In this document: in pieces, positions 34,588-41,043 of the stretch
How the letters are laid out: each line of letters begins with the position of its first letter
How positions within the stretch are numbered: position 1 is the first letter of the stretch
Assembly (NCBI GenBank): GCA_030040915.1
Contig: JASHSI010000083.1
Location: 1-41,043 of the forward strand
Length of the DNA: 41,043 bases
Direction: 5' to 3'
From: Thermoplasmata archaeon
Lineage (GTDB): Archaea > Thermoplasmatota > Thermoplasmata > Lutacidiplasmatales > UBA184
Notes under the pieces: generated by a model
Told to the model about the DNA's origin: nothing
Databases searched by the model: none
Seen by the model: the letters and a program-made list of their open reading frames with translations, nothing else
Position numbers and translations under genes: made by a program

Positions 34588-35640
34588 CTACGGGGACTTC
34601 GACGACGCGAGCGGCGCCGAGCTCGCCGGCTGCGCCGGGGCGAGGCTCTTCCCGCACTTCCAGCAGGTCGTCTCGTTCGGATAGACGACCGCCTGGCAGT
34701 TCGGGCAACGCATCTCCGTCGCACCCGGGGAACCACCCCCAGCGGCCCCCGGCGGCGCTCCGGCGGGCGTCGGGGTCCCGTCCGTCGGGGTTGGCTGGGA
34801 GGGTCCGGCGCCCTTGCGGTTGCGCTCGCGGCCCTTGAGGAAGGCGTAGAAGAGCAGCGCGATCAGAAAGACGATGCCCGGATAGATGAAAACCACCTCG
34901 TAGGCGGTCGGCAGGAGGAAGAGGACCACGGAGCCGAACGACCCCGAGACCGGTCCCTCGATCCCCGAGTAGCTGCCGTCGTAATCGAGCCAGATGCCGG
35001 TCAGGTTGTGCGGACTCGCGTCGTCCTCGACCACGGCCTCAAGGTCCCACCACCAGATGTCGGTCCCGGGGAGGTTCCTGGAGTAGCTCACCACGGTCGG
35101 GGCGGCCGGGTTCGCGCCGAATTGGATCGTATCGGTGTAGAACGGGTAGGAGCTCCCGCAATCCGGGGAAGAGTTCGACGTGGCGCCGGGGCAGTCGGTG
35201 ACGTAGAAGGTGACGTTCGTTATCGTCGTGTTCACGGGAAGGTACTGAGGGTAGATCGTGGCACTGAAGTTGTAGAGGCCGCCAGCGGCCCCGACGAACG
35301 GGGTGACGAGGGCGTCCTGGATCACCGGCTGGCCGTTCCCGTAGGGGGCGGCGCCGTTCGAGGTCACCGCCGGGGTCGGGACTCGGAGCTCGTCCGTGTA
35401 GATCACCGTGAACACCGGGGCCGTGATCACGAGCGTGGCGATCCCGAGAATCGCGAGCGGCTTCAGTCCGCGCTGGCCGAGGAAGATCGGGAGGGCGAGG
35501 CCGAAGATCAGGAGGGTCAGGATCGCGAGGTACGGCCCGAGGTAGAACAGGGTCCCGGCGAGGGCGAGGACCCCGACGATTAACAGGACGACGAGGCCGA
35601 ACCACGACCTCGCGAACGTCCGCCAGCTCATGGCCGCCAT
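34588..35640 (-). CDS. membrane protein with sequon-rich extracytoplasmic domain and C-terminal zinc ribbon (350 aa; start re-called)
   Basis: From MAAMSWRTFARSW: 3 N-terminal TM helices, a roughly 170-aa domain with NFS, NTT, NVT, NSS and NLT sequons, further TM helices, a KGRERNRKG stop-transfer, a Pro/Gly linker, then CPNCQAVVYPNETTCWKCG. Confidence 0.75.
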   Translation of the reverse strand: MAAMSWRTFARSWFGLVVLLIVGVLALAGTLFYLGPYLAILTLLIFGLALPIFLGQRGLKPLAILGIATLVITAPVFTVIYTDELRVPTPAVTSNGAAPYGNGQPVIQDALVTPFVGAAGGLYNFSATIYPQYLPVNTTITNVTFYVTDCPGATSNSSPDCGSSYPFYTDTIQFGANPAAPTVVSYSRNLPGTDIWWWDLEAVVEDDASPHNLTGIWLDYDGSYSGIEGPVSGSFGSVVLFLLPTAYEVVFIYPGIVFLIALLFYAFLKGRERNRKGAGPSQPTPTDGTPTPAGAPPGAAGGGSPGATEMRCPNCQAVVYPNETTCWKCGKSLAPAQPASSAPLASSKSP

Positions 35641-35668
35641 GCGCGCGGCCCTCTCGATTAGGGCGGGC

Positions 35669-35676
35669 CATATAAG
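35669..35676. promoter_or_regulatory. single central TATA box (CATATAAG / CTTATATG) shared by divergent genes
   Basis: The only AT-rich element in the 63-nt spacer 35641-35703. Its centre (35672.5) matches the spacer midpoint (35672), about 32 nt from each ATG. Confidence 0.5.
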
Positions 35677-35703
35677 CCGTCGTCCGCGTCGGTCCGCCGG
35701 ACC

Positions 35704-36990
35704 ATGTCGCGGGCGCTCATCGTGCTCGACGGGCTGGGCGACCGGGCCGACCCCGCGTCGGGTCGGCCCACCCCCCTCGAGTCCGCCCGGACCCCGAACC
35801 TGGACCGGATCGCGGGACGCGGGTCGCTCGGCCAGGTGGTGGTCGTCGCCCCGGGGGTCGCCCCCGAGTCGGACGCGGGGGCCCTCGCCCTGCTCGGGAT
35901 CGACCCGAGGACCGAGTCGCCCGGGCGGGGGGTGTTGGAGGCGCTCGGGGCGGGCCTCGACCTCCGCCCCGGGGACATCGCCCTTCGGCTCAACTTCGCG
36001 ACCTCCGATGGGACGGGACGGATCGTGGACTCCCGCGTCGGCCGGTCGTTGACCTCGTCGGATGGGGCCGTGCTCGCACGGGCCCTCACCGAGGCCGACC
36101 TGCTCGCCCCCCAGGGGGTCCAGGCCGAGGTGCGGTCGACCGTGGGCCACCGGGGGGTCTTGCGGCTGCGACCCGTATCTGGGCCCCCCCTCTCGGCCGC
36201 GATCTCCAACTCGGACCCGTTCTACGAGAAGGTCGGGGGGGCGGGCCAGGCGAGGCCCGGCTCGGAGCCCCGGATCCGGTCCGTTCAGCCGCTCGACGGG
36301 TCCGCGGCGGCCCGCCGGAGCGCGGAGCTGGTCGACCGGTTCGTCGCGGGCGCCCCCGGGATCCTCGCCGGGGCGGCGGTCAACGCACGGCGGGCGCGTG
36401 CGGGCCAGCCGATCGCCAACACGGTGCTGGTCCGGGCGGCGGGCGCCGTTCCGGAAGGCCCGTTCCGGGGCTTTCGGGACCGCACCGGTCTTGCCGGGGC
36501 CGCGGTCACCGAGATGCCCGTGGAGCGGGGCATCGCCCGCTGGCTCGGGCTCCGGGACCTCTTCGTGGGCCCGATGGGCCCGGACAAGGGCAGCGCGCTC
36601 GCCGAACGGGCGCGCATGGTCGCCGAGGCGCTCCGCACCGATGCGTTCGTCTACGTCCACCTGAAGGGCCCGGACGAACCGGGTCACGATGGGGATTTCG
36701 ACCGCAAGCGCGACATCATCGAGGGGCTCGACCGAGCCTTCTTCGGACCGTTCCTCGAGACGTTCGACGCGTCGAAGGACCGGATCGCCGTCACCGCGGA
36801 CCACGCGACCCCGTGCGCGTTGAAGGCCCACTCCGACGACCCGGTGCCGCTCCTGCTCTTCGGGGCGGGGATCGGGCGCTCGGACTCGACGGCCGACCGA
36901 GCTCTTCCGAAGTTCGGCGAGGCGGCGTGCCGGGCCGGCGCGATCGGGACCTGCCCGGGGGCGAGGGTCCTCCCCCTCTTGCTCTCGTGA
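35704..36990 (+). CDS. apgM: 2,3-bisphosphoglycerate-independent phosphoglycerate mutase, archaeal type
   Basis: ALIVLDGLGDR, TPNLDRIA, GVAPESDAGALALLGIDP, DIALRLNFAT and TADHATPC. Confidence 0.88.
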   Translation: MSRALIVLDGLGDRADPASGRPTPLESARTPNLDRIAGRGSLGQVVVVAPGVAPESDAGALALLGIDPRTESPGRGVLEALGAGLDLRPGDIALRLNFATSDGTGRIVDSRVGRSLTSSDGAVLARALTEADLLAPQGVQAEVRSTVGHRGVLRLRPVSGPPLSAAISNSDPFYEKVGGAGQARPGSEPRIRSVQPLDGSAAARRSAELVDRFVAGAPGILAGAAVNARRARAGQPIANTVLVRAAGAVPEGPFRGFRDRTGLAGAAVTEMPVERGIARWLGLRDLFVGPMGPDKGSALAERARMVAEALRTDAFVYVHLKGPDEPGHDGDFDRKRDIIEGLDRAFFGPFLETFDASKDRIAVTADHATPCALKAHSDDPVPLLLFGAGIGRSDSTADRALPKFGEAACRAGAIGTCPGARVLPLLLS

Positions 36991-38027
36991 CCGATCCGGC
37001 GATGGTGACGGCCCCCGGCCTCTCGGTCGAGCGATCGCGCGGAGAGAAAGTCCGGCGCTGGCTCTCGGAGGCCGGCCTCCTCCGCACCGACCTCAAGATC
37101 GCCACCGAGCCGGGCCGGCTCGTGCTGCCGCTCCTTCGACCGCCACCGGTCCCTCCCGACGGGACCGAGCTCGTCGAGCGGGTGTTCGACCCCCTCTCCC
37201 CGCCCTCGGCGGGCTCCTACCGGGACCGTATCGATCTCCCCGAGGGAGAGCGGGCGAAGCTGCCGAGGGCGTTCGACGTCGTCGGGGACATCGTGCTGAT
37301 CCGCCTCCCGTCCGAACTGAAGGGACGGGGGGCGGAGATCGGCCGCGCGCTGCTCGAGTTCGTCCCGGGGTGCCGGCTCGTCGGCGCGGACGAGGGGGTA
37401 CACGGTGAGGAGCGTCGGCGACGTCTCGTCCCCCTCGCCGGATCGGGTCCTTGGACGACCCGTCATCACGAGAACGGCCTTTCGATCGACGTCGACCTCG
37501 AGCGGGCCTACTTCTCCCCGCGGCTCGCCCGGGAGCACGCCCGCGTCGCCCGCCAGGTCCGCTCCGGAGAGCGCGTGTTCGACCTGTGCTGCGGGGTCGG
37601 ACCGTTCGCCCTCACGATCGCCCGCGACGGACGCGCCTCCCGGGTCACCGCAGTCGACCACAACCCCGTCGCGGCGGCGCTCGTACGAGAGAACGCGCGG
37701 CGCCTCGGCCTCGACGGCCGGATCGAGGTCGTCGAGGAGCGGGTCGAGCGGTTCGCCGAGCGTTCCGGGACCGCGGACCGCGTCGTCTTCAACCTCCCCC
37801 ACGGAGGGATTAAGTACGCTTCCGGGGTGGGAAACCTCGTCGAGATCGGCGGCGTCCTCCACTACTACGAGGTGACGGAGATTGGGGCCCAGGAGCGGCG
37901 CCCGCGCGAGCTCTGTCGGGTCTTCGGGGGCGACTCCAAGGGGTTCGAACCCGAGGAGTCCCATCTCGTCCACCCGTACTCCCCCCGGGAGGAACTAGTG
38001 GCCTACACCCTGCGGAGAAGCTCGTGA
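36987..38027 (+). CDS. trm5: tRNA (guanine37-N1)-methyltransferase Trm5 / Met-10+ family
   Basis: AYFSPRLAREHARV, SAM motif VFDLCCGVGPFALTIA and NLP motif VVFNLPHGG. GTG 36987 overlaps the apgM stop (GTGA). An alternative ATG is at 37002. Confidence 0.82.
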   Translation: MTDPAMVTAPGLSVERSRGEKVRRWLSEAGLLRTDLKIATEPGRLVLPLLRPPPVPPDGTELVERVFDPLSPPSAGSYRDRIDLPEGERAKLPRAFDVVGDIVLIRLPSELKGRGAEIGRALLEFVPGCRLVGADEGVHGEERRRRLVPLAGSGPWTTRHHENGLSIDVDLERAYFSPRLAREHARVARQVRSGERVFDLCCGVGPFALTIARDGRASRVTAVDHNPVAAALVRENARRLGLDGRIEVVEERVERFAERSGTADRVVFNLPHGGIKYASGVGNLVEIGGVLHYYEVTEIGAQERRPRELCRVFGGDSKGFEPEESHLVHPYSPREELVAYTLRRSS

Positions 38028-40375
38028 CCGGCGCCCGACCCGCGCTCGTCGTCCCCCTCTCCGAGGTCTCCCGCGGGGACCACGAGCTCGTCGGCGGCAA
38101 GGCGAGCCAGTTGGGGGAGGTGATCCGCCAGGGCCTTCCCGTCCCCCCGGGCGTGGTCGTCACGACGCAGGCGTACTCCGCCTTCGTCGAAGGCACGGGG
38201 ATCGCCCCGGCGATCGCCCAGGCGCTCGCCTCGATCGATCCGGCGAAGCCCGAAACGGTCGAGCAGGCCTCGCGGACCATCCGAGAGCGATTCGAGGGGA
38301 CCCCGTTCCCGGAGGCGCTCCTCGCCGAGCTGTCGCCGGCGGTCGATGCGTTCCAGCGGGAGCACGGGGTGGCGTACGCCGCGGTCCGCTCCTCCTCGAC
38401 CGCGGAGGACCTCGAGTCCGCCTCCTTCGCCGGCCTCCAGGAGACCTACCTCAACGTGCACGGCACGGAGGCGATCCTCGGGGCGATCCGGAAGTGCTGG
38501 GGCTCGCTCTTCACCCCGAGGGTCCTCGTCTACCGGGCCCGCAAGGGGTTCGACCACTCCAAGGTCCGCCTCGCCGTCCTCGTGCAGAAGATGGTCGACT
38601 CGTCGGTGAGCGGGATCCTGTTCACCCGCGACCCCAACACCGGCGAGAACCACATGATCATCGAAGCGGGCTGGGGGCTCGGGGAGGCGATCGTCGGCGG
38701 GGAGGTGACCCCGGATCACTACGTGGTCGACGGCGCGTCCCATCGGATCGTCCAGAAGCAGGTGGCAGAGCAGGCGTTCAAGCTCGAGCGGGGCGCGGAC
38801 GGCGGGAACGCGAAGGTCCCCGTGCCGGTCGCCGACCGGTCCCGGCAGAAGCTCGTGGACGAGCGGATCCAACGACTCGCCTCCCTCGCCCGGGTGATCG
38901 AGTCGCACTATCGCCGCCCGATGGACGTGGAGTGGTGCGCGGACGGGAACGGCCTCTACATCGTCCAGGCCCGCCCGATCACGACGATCCCCTCGGGGAC
39001 GGGCCCACCGCCGGCCCCGAGGGGCGGTCCCGCCGCTGCGTCCGACGGCGCGGAGGGGGAACGCCCGCTCGTGAGCGGATTCGGCGCGAGCCCGGGGATC
39101 GCCGGGGGGGTCGCGAGGATCCTGCGCTCCGCCGGGGAGATGGAGCGCCTCAAGCCGGGCGAGGTCCTCGTCACGACGATGACGACCCCGGACATGGTCC
39201 CCGCGATGGCCCAAGCGGCCGCGATCGTCACCGACGAGGGGGGGATGACCTGCCACGCGGCGATCGTCTCCCGCGAGCTCGGGGTCCCGTGCGTGGTGGG
39301 GACCCGGAAGGCCACGAGCTCGATCGCGGAGGGCTCCCCGGTCTCCGTCGACGGCAAGGCGGGGACGGTCTATGCGGGGCTCGACCGGGCCGAGAAGGCG
39401 AAGGTCCCGCCGGCCGCCGCCCTGGCCGCGACCGATCTCGGCCAGCACGCGCCGGTCACCGCCACGAAGATCCTCGTCAACGTGGGGGTCCCCGAGAAGG
39501 CCGCCGAGTATGCCCGCCTGCCGGTCCAGGGCGTCGGGCTGCTGCGGATCGAGTTCATCTTCACGGCCCACATCCGCGAGCACCCGCTCTCGCTCATCAA
39601 GAAGGGTCAGCGGGAGGAGCTCGTCGAGCGTCTCGCCGACGGGATCGCCAAGGTCTGCCGGGCGTTCCACCCCCGCCCGGTGATCGTCCGGACGAGCGAC
39701 TTCAAGACGAACGAGTACCGCGGCATGCCCGGCGGCGCCGAGTTCGAGCCGAACGAGGAGAACCCGATGATCGGCTGGCGCGGCTGCTCCCGTTACATCT
39801 CGCCGGTCTACAAGGAGGCGTTCTTGGCCGAGCTCGACGCCATCGCGCGGGTCCGCACCGCGCGGGGTCTCAAGAACGCGATGGTGATGCTCCCGTTCGT
39901 CCGCAACACCTGGGAGCTCGAGGAGATCGCCGAGATGATGCGGGCCCAGGGGCTCAAGCGCTCCCGGGACTTCAAGCTCTACCTGATGGCCGAGGTCCCG
40001 TCGACGGTCTTCCTCGCGGAGGAGTTCGCGAAGCACTGCGACGGGTTCTCGATCGGCTCGAACGACCTGACCCAGCTCGTGCTCGGCGCCGACCGCGACT
40101 CCGAGACCCTCGGGCGCATGGGCTACTTCGACGAGCGCGACCCGGCGGTGCTCCGGGCGATCGAGATGCTGATCGAGGGCGCCCACGCGGCGGGCCGGAC
40201 GGTCGGGATCTGCGGGCAGGGGCCGAGCGTCTACCCCGAGTTCGCCGAGTTCCTCGTCCGCCAGGGGATCGACTCGATCTCGCTCAACGCCGACACGGTC
40301 GTCCCCACGATCCGGACGATCGCCGCGCTCGAGCAGCGGCTGAAGCTCGACGGGTTGAGGCGCTCCGAGGACTAG
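38024..40375 (+). CDS. ppsA: phosphoenolpyruvate synthase (pyruvate, water dikinase)
   Basis: VGGKASQLGE, phosphohistidine loop TDEGGMTCHAAIVSRELGVPCVVG and C-terminal PEP-utilising TIM-barrel motifs (SIGSNDLTQL, GICGQ). GTGA overlap with the trm5 stop. Confidence 0.93.
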   Translation: MTGARPALVVPLSEVSRGDHELVGGKASQLGEVIRQGLPVPPGVVVTTQAYSAFVEGTGIAPAIAQALASIDPAKPETVEQASRTIRERFEGTPFPEALLAELSPAVDAFQREHGVAYAAVRSSSTAEDLESASFAGLQETYLNVHGTEAILGAIRKCWGSLFTPRVLVYRARKGFDHSKVRLAVLVQKMVDSSVSGILFTRDPNTGENHMIIEAGWGLGEAIVGGEVTPDHYVVDGASHRIVQKQVAEQAFKLERGADGGNAKVPVPVADRSRQKLVDERIQRLASLARVIESHYRRPMDVEWCADGNGLYIVQARPITTIPSGTGPPPAPRGGPAAASDGAEGERPLVSGFGASPGIAGGVARILRSAGEMERLKPGEVLVTTMTTPDMVPAMAQAAAIVTDEGGMTCHAAIVSRELGVPCVVGTRKATSSIAEGSPVSVDGKAGTVYAGLDRAEKAKVPPAAALAATDLGQHAPVTATKILVNVGVPEKAAEYARLPVQGVGLLRIEFIFTAHIREHPLSLIKKGQREELVERLADGIAKVCRAFHPRPVIVRTSDFKTNEYRGMPGGAEFEPNEENPMIGWRGCSRYISPVYKEAFLAELDAIARVRTARGLKNAMVMLPFVRNTWELEEIAEMMRAQGLKRSRDFKLYLMAEVPSTVFLAEEFAKHCDGFSIGSNDLTQLVLGADRDSETLGRMGYFDERDPAVLRAIEMLIEGAHAAGRTVGICGQGPSVYPEFAEFLVRQGIDSISLNADTVVPTIRTIAALEQRLKLDGLRRSED

Positions 40376-41043
40376 CGGGCCGGCCTGCGGCGCGGGGGCC
40401 GCCACCGGGGCGGCCCCGGTGGGCCGGGGGACGGCAGAGAGAGCGCGGCGTCCTTCGGCAGCCGATACTCGGTCCGAAGCCCCACCCGCTCGAACCCCAG
40501 GTCCCCTAGCCGCCGGGCGACCCCCGCGCCCCGGGCGACGAGGCCGAGCCGGCCGGCCGATTCCGTCTCTGGCTGGCGGAGCGCGGACCGGACGAGCGCG
40601 CTCGCCGCTCCGAGCCCGCGGGCCTCGAGCGTCGTCGCCACCCCGTGAAGGCCCGCCCGGCGCCCGTCGGTGTAGAGGACGGCCGAGGAGACGTCCTTGC
40701 CCGCGCGCACGGCCACGAACGCGGACAGGCTCTCCCCCGGGTTCGGGTGGTGGGCCAGGACCTCGAAGGCCCGGGCGAGCTCCTCCGCCTCCCGGTCCTC
40801 GGCCCAGAACGGTAGGACCCGGGCGATCTCGGCCCGCCCGAGGCGCACCACCTCCACGGTGGGTCCGCGGGGCTCGGTCGGCCCGGGCGGTAGGCCCTCG
40901 AGGAGGAGGACCGGCTCGGGCCCGGGGAGGAAGCCGAAGCGGCGCAGACCCTGGTCGAGGTGGCGGGGGACCGGGGCGCGGGTCCAGACCGCGGGCCGCA
41001 GGCCCCGCTGGAAGTAGTGGTCGAGGGCGCGCTCGAAGAACGC
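40372..41043 (-). CDS. GNAT-family acetyltransferase, 5'-partial (runs off the window end)
   Basis: The frame is open from 41043 (AFFERALDHYFQRGLRPAVW ... RFGFLP) through the track ORF 40372..40857 (GLHGVATTLEARGLGAASALV, LGFERVG), suggesting two GNAT-like halves. Its stop overlaps the ppsA stop in CTAG. Confidence 0.6.
   Translation of the reverse strand, partial: AFFERALDHYFQRGLRPAVWTRAPVPRHLDQGLRRFGFLPGPEPVLLLEGLPPGPTEPRGPTVEVVRLGRAEIARVLPFWAEDREAEELARAFEVLAHHPNPGESLSAFVAVRAGKDVSSAVLYTDGRRAGLHGVATTLEARGLGAASALVRSALRQPETESAGRLGLVARGAGVARRLGDLGFERVGLRTEYRLPKDAALSLPSPGPPGPPRWRPPRRRPAR

Noticed and set aside
38003-40509. 800-aa antisense ORF and 671-aa alternative-frame ORF over ppsA.
   Set aside because: Same shadow-ORF signature. 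The ppsA frame has the PEP-utilising enzyme motifs along its whole length.
1-41043. Searched for defence islands, mobile elements, integrases or transposases, prophage genes, CRISPR arrays and rRNA/tRNA genes.
   Set aside because: No ORF shows nuclease/helicase/methylase, transposase or integrase hallmarks. I saw no repeat-spacer arrays or terminal inverted repeats. The window reads as core chromosome apart from the 32.1-35.6 kb membrane/FtsZ-like cluster.

Overview
A very GC-rich window (about 70% G+C by eye) from an archaeal chromosome. Archaeal markers are topoisomerase VI A/B, primase PriS, FEN1, ribosomal protein eL41, Rio1 with a Dim2-like KH protein, archaeal-type ApgM, Trm5, a PAC2 proteasome chaperone, and an 11-subunit Nuo/Fpo-like complex I operon lacking NuoEFG. 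Gene density is high. I found eleven 4-nt ATGA/GTGA stop-start overlaps. Several TATA-like boxes lie about 25-32 nt upstream of start codons, implying leaderless or near-leaderless mRNAs. Many long ORFs in the track are GC-driven shadow ORFs or spurious N-terminal extensions, so I re-called several starts. I saw no rRNA, tRNA, CRISPR array, transposase or integrase. The best candidate for something new is a minus-strand cassette at about 32.1-34.6 kb. It encodes a tandem ribbon-helix-helix plus coiled-coil protein, a truncated FtsZ/tubulin-like GTPase (GTPase domain only, no recognisable T7 loop or C-terminal domain) and small membrane proteins, downstream of an intergenic region with repeats and palindromes. 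Other points of interest: a NuoI fused to an extra 2x[4Fe-4S] ferredoxin module; prenyl reductase and long-chain prenyl synthase genes appended to the nuo operon; an NfeD/SPFH/SPFH operon translationally coupled to a crotonase-fold protein lacking both catalytic glutamates; an eL41 gene absent from the ORF track; a zinc-finger microprotein coupled to sucD; and a single TATA box centred between two divergent genes. All family assignments come from reading motifs by eye, with no searches run.
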